64,000 nt of DNA from Thalia democratica (GCA_965202585.1 OZ241826.1:27218001-27282000), one strand, 5' to 3'. Counted from the first letter of the stretch, positions 11,604 through 24,500 are shown. Numbers and translations: made by a program. Notes: generated from the letters alone by a model not told the origin.

Positions 11604-13339
11604 CTATTGAACGCTAAAAACAATTAAATAAGCTGGAATCACGTCGATCGGCTGATACATGAAACTTTTTCTGGTTTGAAAACAGCACCCTCTGGTGTCG
11701 GAGTTGAGAAAAGCTACATTGTCCGCGCTTTTGCCATCCTTTACAACGAAGACAAACGACTGGTTTCCGACTCGTCCGTTCGTGACGCAGTAGCTACTTC
11801 CTTGCAAAAGTTCCCTGTTCAAACTAGTGGAAGCGTAAGAGGAGCACTGCCCGGCTCTGCCTTTGAACTGCTCGAAAAAATCATCAGTGCTCTCTGGATA
11901 GCCCTTTGACAGAATTTTTCGCAGCTCGTGGGACTTTTCTCCTCGCAGGTAGAGCATGCCTCTGCGTATGTTTTTAACATCGAATCCGTCAACAGGGTTG
12001 ATCCTGAAAATTTTCTGGATTGCCGCGTTCGGGCTCATTTTGGTCATCGACCGGAGCACAAACTGGTGGTCTGGATCTGAAGTTTGCAGCAGCTCCGCTT
12101 TGTACTTATCGCAATTTTTAGTTTCCGATAGGCTGCTTGTTTCAAACAACATTTGCTGCATAAAAGAGTTCACTTTGCGTTCAAACCGATGCTTCGCATG
12201 TTCAACTTCTGCCTGCTGATTGGCGCTTATTTCTTTTTCAAGCTCGGCAACAAAATTGTTCAAGGTGCAGTCTTTGGAAATAGCGAGACTATTTTTGATC
12301 AACACGTCTTTTGGCGGATCTGAAATCGGCGTGTCTTTTGTTAACTTGGTCTGGTTGAATTCGCCGTACAAAATGTGTTTTGCAAGCTCGCGAGCGCTTT
12401 GCTTTATTTCGATTTCTATCAAGTATTCGAGAGTTAATAGATCGTGGTGAGCTACAATTATTCTTTTTTCGTCATCATCTACTTGAAACGTGCCCGAAAG
12501 AATTTTGTTTCCGTCGCTGTCGAACTTGCGTGCAGGAGAGTCTTTAATCTCTACTTGTTTGTCGGAATGCAAACTTCCATCGAAAACCTTTAAAACGGGC
12601 TCGTAAGTAAAACTGGATTCAAGACACGGGTATGACGATTTTACAAACACAGTCGAAGTTGTCTTCTTACCGAATAAGTGTTCGCAAGTTTTAACAGACC
12701 GGTCATCTTTACACTTTTCAGAAAAACAACCTGAACATACCAGCGTTTCCTTCACTTTGCTAACAAACAAGTACGTCAGGTCTTTAAGGTTCCAATTGTC
12801 TTCCACGTAGTGTTGACCGTAACGACGAGCAATTTCATAGCTGTTCGTCATATAAATGCCAGGGCCCAGTCTGCCGGAAGACAAAGGCCTCAGTCCTTCT
12901 TTCAAGATTCCTTCGACGTTGCTCCCTTTGGTGCCGTGCAGAAGCAGCAAGCTCGGACATCTGCAGCGTTCCACATTTGACTTGACCCTGTAAATCCTGA
13001 GAGCGACGTTTTTGTTCAAGTCATTTTCCAATTGGTCCGTTTCACCGCTCAAACCGAGAGATCTTTTCAACAGATCGTAATCTGGATCGTCGCTTTCCAA
13101 TAGTTGAAGCTCGTGCTTGGAATCCTTGGAAAGAGATTTTTTAAAGCCGAAGATTGGCATTCAAACAAATCGACTGCTTCTTCCACCAATTCTTCTTTTT
13201 CCGCTTCGAATTGTTCGATTATGTGTTCGATTTCAGTTTTCGTCTCTTGTTTTTCTTCTTCGCACAGGCGACGCAAATAGTTCTGAGGACCAGCAAACTG
13301 TTTGATTGTCTGATCTAAATATTCTTCGTTGTAGTACAT
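11604..13339 (-). pseudogene. Tandem PARP-like ADP-ribosyltransferase gene, copy 1 (subfamily A), split by a 1-nt deletion in a poly-A run; ~578 aa if repaired
   Basis: ORFs 13067-13339 and 11604-13160 join if T6 at 13137-13142 were T7 as in copy 2. Motifs LLLHGT...GLRP...G.LGPGIYMTNS..A..Y and LEYLI; second degenerate domain ends IPAYLIVFS. Confidence 0.85.
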
Positions 13340-14380
13340 GATGTATTTAATATATAATCTGTAGTAAATGCTTATTTGTAAAAAAGGTATTTTTTTCGTT
13401 GTTATAAATAATTAAAGAAAAATGTTTATAAAAAATACAATATTATTTCTACTGTCATTGAAAGAATGAACATATAGTAGAAAAGTAAAGTTGCAAAAAC
13501 TAGCAAATATAAGAACCATGTACAATATAATAAATCTTATCTTTTAGAAACTATTTCCATATTAATAAAACATTCAAGCAAAAATAAAATTTAAAAAATC
13601 TATACTTCTAGAAAGTTTTAACTAGAGAATAAGAAAAAAACTGCTTAAACTTAAAGTTATAAAACATATTTATGAAAAAAAAACATTCTTAAACAAAAAA
13701 TTTAAAAAAAAATTAAAAATATAAATGTTTATTCTGTAATTACATGTTTACTGCAGCAAGCTGTGGCTTGAATTATCTCCTCTCCAGCAGATGAGTATTT
13801 ATATATGGCGTAAGCTTTCTCTTGAACGCTTGGACAAAAAAGAACTTTAACTCGAGTGTTTAAATTTAATGGAAAAGTTTAAGTTAAACTTCTTAAACAT
13901 CCAAGCGTTTAAGAGAAAGCTCGAAAGGTCACGTGTTAAGTTTGATAGGCTGTTACCCATATATAACTCAGTACCTCTATTACAAAATTTTTGCATAGGC
14001 ATACTAAAAAAAAAAGGTTAAAAATATTCTGAAGTTATTTTGAAATAACTATCATAGAAAATAATGAAAAGAACAACTGCAAAAACTAGAAAATATACAA
14101 AAAAACGTACTTCATAGCTTGTTTTAAAATGTATAAATTAATATTGAAAATTATTTACTTCGAAATTAAATTGGAAATTGCTTATAAGAAATAGCATTGT
14201 TTACATAAGAACTTTACATTAAACAACAAAAAACTAAAATGTCTATTTAAACAACGTGTTAGCAGCAGCAAGGTGAAAAAAAATCTCTTCGACAACTAAT
14301 TAGTATCTTTATATGGCTGCAGTATTCAAATTCAAACTTGCATAAATAAAATTTTTGACTATTACAGCTTTCTTTTAAAC
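11974..14380. repeat. Very recent tandem duplication unit (partner 15664-18070)
   Basis: Offset 3690/3691. I noticed only two differences (poly-T length at 13137-13142 and G/A at 13824 vs 17515); identity drops to ~90% after ~14380/18070. Confidence 0.9.
13775..13975. repeat. Small foldback of the repeat-family motif upstream of ART copy 1 (duplicate at ~17465-17665)
   Basis: AGCTTTCTCTTGAACGCTTGGA (13813-13834) pairs with TCCAAGCGTTTAAGAGAAAGCT (13900-13921); the stem is perfect in the second copy. Confidence 0.75.
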
Positions 14381-15663
14381 GTTAGGATTAATAGAGCTTA
14401 ACTTAAAATGTTTTATTAAATTTAAACAGCTATCAAATAAAGTTTGATATCATGTTACAAATTGATAACAACAATTTAATAAATAACTTTCAAGTTCAAC
14501 CTGTAACTTTCTAAAAAGGTTGCAATTTTTTACGGTAACCGTACCTCAGTCTATAATTTACAACCTTGTAGGTTAGCGATTTGTAACTTCATTTGTTGTT
14601 GAAACTAGGTAGAAAAAGTCTGTTTCTGAAGACCTTGTATGATAAATATAGTTTAAATTGCACTATAATTACTTTGCTATTATTTAATTTGTTATGAATT
14701 TGAGACTTTAGGAATTTATTATGAATTATTTTGTTATCTTTTTGAGACTTTGGAAACTTATTATAAATAATTTTGTTATCTATTTGAGACTTTGGGAACC
14801 ACTTCTCTGTTTAATAAAAAATTATACTATTAGTACTTTTTCCTAAGCTTACTAAGTTAAAAAAAAAGTTGTTTGTAAATTAAGTATTCGAATACATTTA
14901 TATACTCATTTTCAAACCTTAAATCTCTATTTTCAATTTTACTGTAGATTTTATTTGTAGTCATTTGTTGATTTTGATAGTTAAGACTAGCAGTTTATTT
15001 TTACGTCCAACTACCAAATTAAAGTGTTTCATTAAACCAAAAATAAAACCTTATAAATTTAATATAAACTACTTAAAGTAAGGGTATATTTACTTACTAA
15101 CTGAGTTTGGCATTTATAAACAAACTTTATCTAAATGAAACGGTTTAAATTTTTTACATGAAAAAAATGAAGGAACTGTTAAATAACAATTATGAAAATA
15201 AAAGTTGCCTTATTTAAAACAAAAAAAAAAGAAGTAGAATTTGTTTGTGTAAAGCCTATGTCAACTCCTGAGTCAGTTGTTTTTAAAGAAAAATATCTTA
15301 AGTACATGACCATTTAACATGATCTTGTAAAACATGTTTTTGTCTAAAATGAATTATTAAGTGCTTATATATAAAATTCTAGTATATAAGGAAAATTGTT
15401 GACTGAATTTTGTTAATACTTAAAAGATCAAGGCAATCCTTTTTAGTTAAGGGTCAGGATAGGCTTTACTTTTACTAAGATGGGAAGAACGGACTTACTT
15501 TGAAAAAAGATTGTCATAGCTTTTATGAAAAATATCTCAAGAAATGAAATAAGTATCTAATAATATAGAAAACCTTCATTTATCGTAATACAACACAGTT
15601 AAATATTTTAGATTTTCCAAAAAGTCTTCCAAAAAAATCAGCCTGGTCAACCAAAAACTAGCC
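14060..15663 (+). mobile_element. Repeat family R, copy 2 (probable hybrid copy); its right end abuts the ART coding sequence
   Basis: Homologous to 17750-19370 and to 3340-4960 (reverse). Ends ...GGTCAACCAAAAACTAGCC|TTAA at 15663. Confidence 0.7.
14690..14800. repeat. 42-bp minisatellite (~3 units; also ~18380-18490)
   Basis: TGAGAC starts at 14701, 14743 and 14785. Only one unit is evident in the R copy at ~4150-4190. Confidence 0.8.
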
Positions 15664-17030
15664 TTAACATCGAATCCGTCAACAGGGTTGATCCTGAAAA
15701 TTTTCTGGATTGCCGCGTTCGGGCTCATTTTGGTCATCGACCGGAGCACAAACTGGTGGTCTGGATCTGAAGTTTGCAGCAGCTCCGCTTTGTACTTATC
15801 GCAATTTTTAGTTTCCGATAGGCTGCTTGTTTCAAACAACATTTGCTGCATAAAAGAGTTCACTTTGCGTTCAAACCGATGCTTCGCATGTTCAACTTCT
15901 GCCTGCTGATTGGCGCTTATTTCTTTTTCAAGCTCGGCAACAAAATTGTTCAAGGTGCAGTCTTTGGAAATAGCGAGACTATTTTTGATCAACACGTCTT
16001 TTGGCGGATCTGAAATCGGCGTGTCTTTTGTTAACTTGGTCTGGTTGAATTCGCCGTACAAAATGTGTTTTGCAAGCTCGCGAGCGCTTTGCTTTATTTC
16101 GATTTCTATCAAGTATTCGAGAGTTAATAGATCGTGGTGAGCTACAATTATTCTTTTTTCGTCATCATCTACTTGAAACGTGCCCGAAAGAATTTTGTTT
16201 CCGTCGCTGTCGAACTTGCGTGCAGGAGAGTCTTTAATCTCTACTTGTTTGTCGGAATGCAAACTTCCATCGAAAACCTTTAAAACGGGCTCGTAAGTAA
16301 AACTGGATTCAAGACACGGGTATGACGATTTTACAAACACAGTCGAAGTTGTCTTCTTACCGAATAAGTGTTCGCAAGTTTTAACAGACCGGTCATCTTT
16401 ACACTTTTCAGAAAAACAACCTGAACATACCAGCGTTTCCTTCACTTTGCTAACAAACAAGTACGTCAGGTCTTTAAGGTTCCAATTGTCTTCCACGTAG
16501 TGTTGACCGTAACGACGAGCAATTTCATAGCTGTTCGTCATATAAATGCCAGGGCCCAGTCTGCCGGAAGACAAAGGCCTCAGTCCTTCTTTCAAGATTC
16601 CTTCGACGTTGCTCCCTTTGGTGCCGTGCAGAAGCAGCAAGCTCGGACATCTGCAGCGTTCCACATTTGACTTGACCCTGTAAATCCTGAGAGCGACGTT
16701 TTTGTTCAAGTCATTTTCCAATTGGTCCGTTTCACCGCTCAAACCGAGAGATCTTTTCAACAGATCGTAATCTGGATCGTCGCTTTCCAATAGTTGAAGC
16801 TCGTGCTTGGAATCCTTGGAAAGAGATTTTTTTAAAGCCGAAGATTGGCATTCAAACAAATCGACTGCTTCTTCCACCAATTCTTCTTTTTCCGCTTCGA
16901 ATTGTTCGATTATGTGTTCGATTTCAGTTTTCGTCTCTTGTTTTTCTTCTTCGCACAGGCGACGCAAATAGTTCTGAGGACCAGCAAACTGTTTGATTGT
17001 CTGATCTAAATATTCTTCGTTGTAGTACAT
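15576..17030 (-). CDS. Tandem-ART gene copy 2 (subfamily A): open 484-aa ORF lacking most of the second ART fold, with a 28-aa C-terminus derived from repeat R
   Basis: Identical to repaired copy 1 up to ...NPVDGFDVK (aa 456), then reads ASFWLTRLIFLEDFLENLKYLTVLYYDK from repeat R. Confidence 0.8.
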   Translation of the reverse strand: MYYNEEYLDQTIKQFAGPQNYLRRLCEEEKQETKTEIEHIIEQFEAEKEELVEEAVDLFECQSSALKKSLSKDSKHELQLLESDDPDYDLLKRSLGLSGETDQLENDLNKNVALRIYRVKSNVERCRCPSLLLLHGTKGSNVEGILKEGLRPLSSGRLGPGIYMTNSYEIARRYGQHYVEDNWNLKDLTYLFVSKVKETLVCSGCFSEKCKDDRSVKTCEHLFGKKTTSTVFVKSSYPCLESSFTYEPVLKVFDGSLHSDKQVEIKDSPARKFDSDGNKILSGTFQVDDDEKRIIVAHHDLLTLEYLIEIEIKQSARELAKHILYGEFNQTKLTKDTPISDPPKDVLIKNSLAISKDCTLNNFVAELEKEISANQQAEVEHAKHRFERKVNSFMQQMLFETSSLSETKNCDKYKAELLQTSDPDHQFVLRSMTKMSPNAAIQKIFRINPVDGFDVKASFWLTRLIFLEDFLENLKYLTVLYYDK

Positions 17031-17749
17031 GATGTATTTAATATATAATCTGTAGTAAATGCTTATTTGTAAAAAAGGTATTTTTTTCGTTGTTATAAAT
17101 AATTAAAGAAAAATGTTTATAAAAAATACAATATTATTTCTACTGTCATTGAAAGAATGAACATATAGTAGAAAAGTAAAGTTGCAAAAACTAGCAAATA
17201 TAAGAACCATGTACAATATAATAAATCTTATCTTTTAGAAACTATTTCCATATTAATAAAACATTCAAGCAAAAATAAAATTTAAAAAATCTATACTTCT
17301 AGAAAGTTTTAACTAGAGAATAAGAAAAAAACTGCTTAAACTTAAAGTTATAAAACATATTTATGAAAAAAAAACATTCTTAAACAAAAAATTTAAAAAA
17401 AAATTAAAAATATAAATGTTTATTCTGTAATTACATGTTTACTGCAGCAAGCTGTGGCTTGAATTATCTCCTCTCCAGCAGATGAGTATTTATATATGGC
17501 GTAAGCTTTCTCTTAAACGCTTGGACAAAAAAGAACTTTAACTCGAGTGTTTAAATTTAATGGAAAAGTTTAAGTTAAACTTCTTAAACATCCAAGCGTT
17601 TAAGAGAAAGCTCGAAAGGTCACGTGTTAAGTTTGATAGGCTGTTACCCATATATAACTCAGTACCTCTATTACAAAATTTTTGCATAGGCATACTAAAA
17701 AAAAAAGGTTAAAAATATTCTGAAGTTATTTTGAAATAACTATCATAGA

Positions 17750-19370
17750 AAATAATGAAAAGAACAACTGCAAAAACTAGAAAATATACAAAAAAACGTA
17801 CTTCATAGCTTGTTTTAAAATGTATAAATTAATATTGAAAATTATTTACTTCGAAATTAAATTGGAAATTGCTTATAAGAAATAGCATTGTTTACATAAG
17901 AACTTTACATTAAACAACAAAAAACTAAAATGTCTATTTAAACAACGTGTTAGCAGCAGCAAGGTGAAAAAAAATCTCTTCGACAACTAATTAGTATCTT
18001 TATATGGCTGCAGTATTCAAATTCAAACTTGCATAAATAAAATTTTTGACTATTACAGCTTTCTTTTAAACGCTAGGATTAACAGAGCTTTAACTTAAAT
18101 GTTTTATAAACTTAAACAGCTATCAAATGAAGTTTGATATCATGTTATAAATTAATAACAACAATTTAATAAATAACGTTCGATTTCAACCTGTAACTTT
18201 CTAAAAAGGTTGCAATTTTTTTTACAGTAATCGTACCTCAGTCTATAATTTACTACCTTGTAGGCTAGCGATTTGTAACTTCATTTGTTGTTAAACCTAG
18301 GTAGAAAAAGTCTGTTTCTGAAGACCTTGTATGATAAATATAGTTTGAATTGCACTATAATTACTTTGCTATTATTTAATTTATTATGAATTTGAGACTG
18401 TAGGAATTTATTATAAGTTAATTTGTTATCTATTTGAGACTTTGGGAACTTATTATTAATAATTTTGTTATCTATTTGAGACTTTGGGAACCACTTCTCT
18501 GTTTAATAGAAAATTATAATATTAATGATTTTATTTCCTAAGTTTACTAAGTATTAAAAAAAATAAGTTGTAAGTAAATTAAATATTCGAATACTTTTAT
18601 ATACTCATTTCTAAACCTTAAATCTCTATTTTCAAGTTTACTGTAGATTTTATTTATAGTCATTTGTTGATTTTGATAGTTAAGACTAGCAGTTTATATT
18701 TTCGTCCAATTACTAAATTAAATATGTTTTATAAAACCAAAAAAAAACCTTATAAATTTAATATAAACTACTTACAGTAAGGGTATATTTACTTACTAAC
18801 TGAGTTTGGCATTTATAATTAAAACTATATGTATCTAAATGAAACGGTTTAACTTTCAAACATTAAAAAAATGAAGGAACTGTTAAATAACCTTTATTAA
18901 GTAAAAGTTGCTTTAACTTAACAAAAAAAAAGATTAGTATTTGTTTGTGTAAAGCCTATGTTAACTCCTGAGTCAGTTATTTTTAAAGAAAAATATCTCA
19001 AGTACATGACCATTTAACATGATCCTCTAAAAGATGTTTTTGTCTAAAATGAATTATTAAGAGCTTATATGTAAAATTCTAGTATATAAGGAAAGTTGTT
19101 GACTGAATTTTGTGTGTACTTAAAAGATTAAGGCAATCCTTTTTAGTTAAGGATCAAGATAGGCTTTACTTATATTAAGGTGGGAAGAACGGACTTACTT
19201 TGAAAAATTATTGTCATAGCTTTTATGAAAAATATCTCAAGAAATGAAATAAGTATCTAATAATATAGAAAACCTTCATTTATCATAATACAACAGAGTT
19301 AAATATTGCAGATTTTCCAAAAAGTTTTCCTATAAGCAAAAAAGTCAGCTGGTCAACCCAAAACTAACCT
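17750..19370 (+). mobile_element. Repeat family R, copy 3
   Basis: ~90% similar to 14380-15663 beyond 18070; shares the terminus GGTCAACC(C/A)AAAACTA(A/G)CCT. Confidence 0.7.
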
Positions 19371-19949
19371 GAGTTTTAAATATAATTAACACTGCAGTAA
19401 ATAGAGCAAAGATCTATAATAAATGTAACTCTTATTTGAATCCTTTGTTATCATATTTAATAAAAAAGATATAAAATGTAAAAAATCACAATTATTAAAA
19501 AAATCAAATCAAAAAAGCTAGCATAAGATTTTGAATAATTCAAACTAAACTAATTTTATTCAATAACAAAAACAATTTTAAAACAAAACTAAATCAGCCT
19601 TAGTTTTCACTCAAATAAAAATGCTTTTTTAAACTATAAAATACACACATTTAACTTATATCCAACGCACTAAATAAAAACATATTCATTCAATATCCTT
19701 TCATTATCAAAGGGAAAAAATTAAGTACATTAAGTTAGACACTAGTATAAAAAATTTTAGACTATAAATTTCTAAAACCAACGTCGAACTTAGAAAGACT
19801 TAAAAATTTTCATTTAACGCTTTGAAACTCCGAGTACTTAGTTTAAAATAAATAAACCATCTAAACACACCACAAATTCTAAGTAATTATATGTCTTTTT
19901 CTTGTAAAGCTTATTAAAAATATTATTTAAAATTAAAAAAAAATTATCT

Positions 19950-20450
19950 GTTAACAAAAGTTTAACGTTTAAAAAATTGAAACATAAAAGTTCAACAAAA
20001 AACTTTTATGCAGTTATGAGTAAACAATATAGGTTTAGTTCTCAGTTGCTAAGTTTTTTCTAACACAATATAAGTAAAAACCGTAAGTAGAGAAACTTAT
20101 TTAATATCATGCTTGATTACACAAACCCAAGTGTATTTATTTTATTTAGGAAAACTGCATATTCAATCTTCAATATATGAAATGCAAGTAAATGGAGCAG
20201 GGTTATTACAGACAAACATATGTAAATGATAATTTTAATTATTTATGTGTTTAGAATTAAAAAATTTGAAACTAAAACCTTTTTTATCCTGTTTTTTTTT
20301 TTGGTAATTTAACATATAAATAATATGTGAATATAGTTAGGAAAAAACAACAAGTGGTTATAATTATTTTGTTAGCCTTTACTATAGTAAACATTAGCCT
20401 TTAATATAGAGCTTTTGTAAGCTTAAAATATATTTTTTAAGAGAAAAAAA
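19950..20450. repeat. Dispersed direct repeat (partner ~29210-29690)
   Basis: ATGCTTGATTACACAAACCCAAGT and TTTTATTTAGGAAAACTGCATATT occur in both. Confidence 0.75.
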
Positions 20451-20589
20451 AATCTCTAGCACATACAACATATTATAAAAACAGTTTAAATTTTGCTGAT
20501 CTGTTCTTAAACGGACAAGTAAAAATGCTTGTTATAATATAAAAATTCTGAAAAAAAGCATGGAATTTAAATAGTTTTTGTATAAGAAA

Positions 20590-21420
20590 ATATTTAATTG
20601 AGTAGTGTAGAAACTAACAAAAAAAACCTGGGTACATTTTTAAAATTCCAAAAATCCCAGGGAATTTTAGTTAGATTTTGAATAAGATTTAAATGATTCA
20701 ATTTTAATACAAAGTTATTTATATCCAATTTGATTAAAGAATTCTGAGAATATTTTAAATCTTACGTAAATCTCAGGATGACCCAGACCAATTCATTTTA
20801 GAATAACCTGGGGATATTTTTAAGATTTTTTACAATCTCAAGCAGTTTTTCTTAGATTTTAAATGAGATTTAAATGATTTAATTTAAGTGCTTTGTCGTT
20901 TTATAACTAATTAGTTAAAGAACCTAGCTTTTATTGATTTTTGCTAAGCTAAAAAATATTCTTAAGCACTAAACATAAAAAACAAGGTTAGAAAAAATAC
21001 ATTTTTTATGACTTGAATAGTGGCTGGCCATCCTGTTATATTAAAAAGAACCAAAATGCTTTTACTTATAAAACACATGAAAAAATCAGGATGATCGATG
21101 CTAGTTTAGTTTCATAAAAACTGGAAATACTTTAAATTTATAACATTTCTACGGATTTTTTGTTAGATTTTAAAAGAGATTTAAATGATTTAATTTCAAT
21201 TTCTGCTAATTTATTACTATTTTTGTTGAAAATCTAATTTTTGTTAATTTTGTTAATTTAACAAAAAATACTTAACACGATTAAAAAACCAAAGTTGGCT
21301 TAATACAGTTTTTTTTTTGAATCAAAAACTTGCCACCCTGTTATCTCAAAGAATGACCAAAAAATATTTACTTTAACAAATAAAAGAAATCAGAAATCCT
21401 TGAAAATACTTTTAGAGATA
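20590..21420. repeat. Degenerate local tandem repeats
   Basis: TTAGATTTT(G/A)AA..AGATTTAAATGATT(C/T)AATTT at ~20671, ~20852 and ~21163; GCCA(T/C)CCTGTTAT at ~21027 and ~21322. Confidence 0.55.
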
Positions 21421-21589
21421 ATAAATTGAACACGTATTTTTATTTCATATTTTTATCATAAGATTTTGAATTAATTTAAGTAAGAGAAGAAATATAAATT
21501 GTCTGCTTTGTAGTTTATGGTATAAAAGCTGATATGAACTCACCGTCATCTGCTTACTATTGTCATCTATTTCAATGTAAACAATAGAC

Positions 21590-24500
21590 GGTTGTGGAAT
21601 CAACGTGCAATAGAAGGTTTTATTGAACGAAGTATCATAGGGAAAGAAATAGTTAAAAGAGTGTGAACAGAGTGTTAGTTCTATTGAGTCACCTAAATTT
21701 GGCGACAAGTTTTAATTCCTTAAAGTCAAATTAAAGCAAGAAAATTTAATTCCACTGAGCCAAAATAGAACTGAATTAATTTAAGACAATAAGTCACTAT
21801 ATAACCTTGCAAAAAAATTAAAATAGAACTCACAAAATTGAAGTCTAATCATTTACCACGAGTATTGACAATTTATAAGTTACAAGTAATCACAAAAACT
21901 AGTGACCAGCTTTAAGTCAAAGTAAGTGATATAAAATTCATGTAAGGTCTTAAATCTTAATAGAATAATTAAAACGACAATATTTACAAGTTAATAAGAC
22001 AGCAAAGACTAGTAACACCCTGAGATATTTAGGAGTTTCTTATAAGGGTATTGGCATGACATTTGAGTGTTTTGTTTTGTGATTTTTTTACTTATTCGTT
22101 TCAAATGCTGCAATATTTATAATAGGTTGTAACACATATTTGAAATTAAAATGAAAAATATAAGCGAAAAGATAAGTTTTTCTTGTCAAAACACAATAGA
22201 TATTTTTTTTATTATTATAAATATTTTTTTTTATTAAAGACCATTTGTAGAAAATTGTTTAATTATTTTATAGTTAAATATATTTAAAATTTTTTTTAGG
22301 AACATTAGTATAAGTTTTAAGACCAAGTTATATTTTGATATGTAATACCTTTTTTCTTTTAAATGAAGGAAGGGTAGTGTTTATTTTCCAACAAAATGGC
22401 AGAGGAGAAGTAGAGTGAAGATTCTCTTCCAAAAGTAGGAAAGGAAGTGGAACAGGGTATAAAACTATATTTGATCAATGTTTTAATTTAATAAAAGTTT
22501 TTAAGTTAAAGCTCTTGTTCATCCAAGCATTAAAGAGAAAGCTTAGAAGGTCAATTGTTTTACTGATGCAAGTTTGCATTTAAATACCATAGCCATATGT
22601 TAGTAATCATTTGTTGTAAAGAAGATCATTCAAGACACCCTTACTGCTACTAAAACTTTGTTTAAATAGAAATTTGTGTTTATAGTTATTCAAAGTAAGT
22701 TTTGTTTTAAACAGTTTGTTTTTTATATACAGTAAATAGTTTTTAATTTAATTTATACATTTTAAAGTATACCCCTTATAAATTAGATTTTAATTAAATT
22801 TTTCAATCCAGTTAAATTTATTTTTTAAAGCTGTTGATTTTTATTTCTTTGTTAGTGTTTGTATCTGTTTTTTGTATAAAATATATTCATTCATGACATG
22901 TCTAGTTTTATACACAGTAGCACTAAGTATTATTTAATATAGCTTTTAGTTTCATAAATGTTATTATCTACTTATTGTGGTTAATGGTTTGGGTCAGGGT
23001 TGCCATTTTACCAGGAAACCTAGTAAATCCTGGAATTAAGGCAAAAAAACCTGAAATTTGAGAAATTTTTAAAAAACGCAGAATTTTGAACAATAATCAC
23101 TGAGAAACTTAATATTTTAGCCATTTTAAGCTTACTGAGTAGTAAAATTTTGATTAGACCAAAAAATCTATGAAATAGATAGAAAAATTTCGTCATCATC
23201 ATGATTTTTTTATATTAAAATATACATCTAATGTTTAATTTTACATTACTATTTTATTATATTATTTTGCACAGTTTCTTACCCAAAAATTAATTTTAAA
23301 CTAAAAATATACCCAAAAATATGTACTTTTAGAAACTTGGAGGAAATTTAGGAAACCTGGAAAAAAAATTTGACAGGGTTGCTCAAAAGTTAAGAAATAA
23401 GGAAAATTTAGGTTTTCAAAAAAGTTAAGGAAATGTCAGGAAAATTGAAAAAAAAAACAAGTCACAATTTGTCAATTTAAGTTTACAAAGTTCCTTGTTT
23501 TACAAAACCTTGCAAAGGTAAAAAATTAATCAAAAATTCTTTAAAGTCAGAAAAACATTTCAAAATTTTTCTAGAGATTAACAAAATTATTTATTTTCCA
23601 TTGTCTTTATCTGGTGTGTAACATTAAAAAAAATAAATGTTATAAAAATATAAAAATTTTCTTTAATCATATGGAACAAGCAGATTTTGTAAGCTTTTTA
23701 ATATTGATGTTCTATAGCAAGGACACTTCCAATGTGAAACTGTGATATATACATAAAAGTTAATCTAGCATAATTATATAATTAAAGTGTTTTTTTTCTT
23801 TAAGTAAATAATTAAGCTATTTAAAATTAATCAGTTAGTTAAGTATTTTGTGTAACAAGTTGATGTGTATATCAACCCCTTTTATGATTTTTTTAAGTTG
23901 TTTTAATTTGTAAAACAAGTTTTAAGAGATGTATATGCCACGAATAAGTTTACTTATTTGTTTTTTTGTAAAATAACTTAAATTTTTAATATAATTAAGA
24001 GTAGATTTATATGTTACAAGTTTTAGGCTAAGTGATAAGAGAAAATATTTTATACAACAGATAAAAAGTTTTATTTTTTATGTATTTTCTTACTGTTACC
24101 TAAGTAGATATATAAAAAATGCTAAAAAACTGTGTCTTTTTTTAGACAAGCCGTGTTTATAAGGTAATAATACAAGTATATTGCTTATAGAGCAGTTTAT
24201 AGCAAAAAAATCAATCATACACAGATGGTTCAAGTAATGTGCTGGAAGTTTGTTAATTGAATTCAGCAAAAAAAACTGTTGTCTTAACCTGTATTATAAT
24301 ACGACTAAAAGCTTCATATAGTTTAAAGTGTTATATTATGGTTGATTTAACTTCTTCAAAAAGTTATATAATATTTATTCAAATATATATTGTTTATTAA
24401 ATAACATATAAACCGCTCAATATTTTTGTTCCTAGAATTTGGTGCACAAAAAACCTTTCGGTTATCTAATCGCACTCCACGGATACCTTTTTACGTCTTG

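Noticed and set aside
11676-13305. Plus-strand ORFs antisense to ART copies (also 15688-16140, 25602-26707, 56159-57765)
   Set aside because: Shadow ORFs of a GC-richer CDS; no motifs and not consistently preserved between subfamilies.
14690-14800. 42-bp repeats as a CRISPR-like array
   Set aside because: Head-to-tail units without unique spacers, eukaryotic context and no cas genes; ordinary minisatellite.
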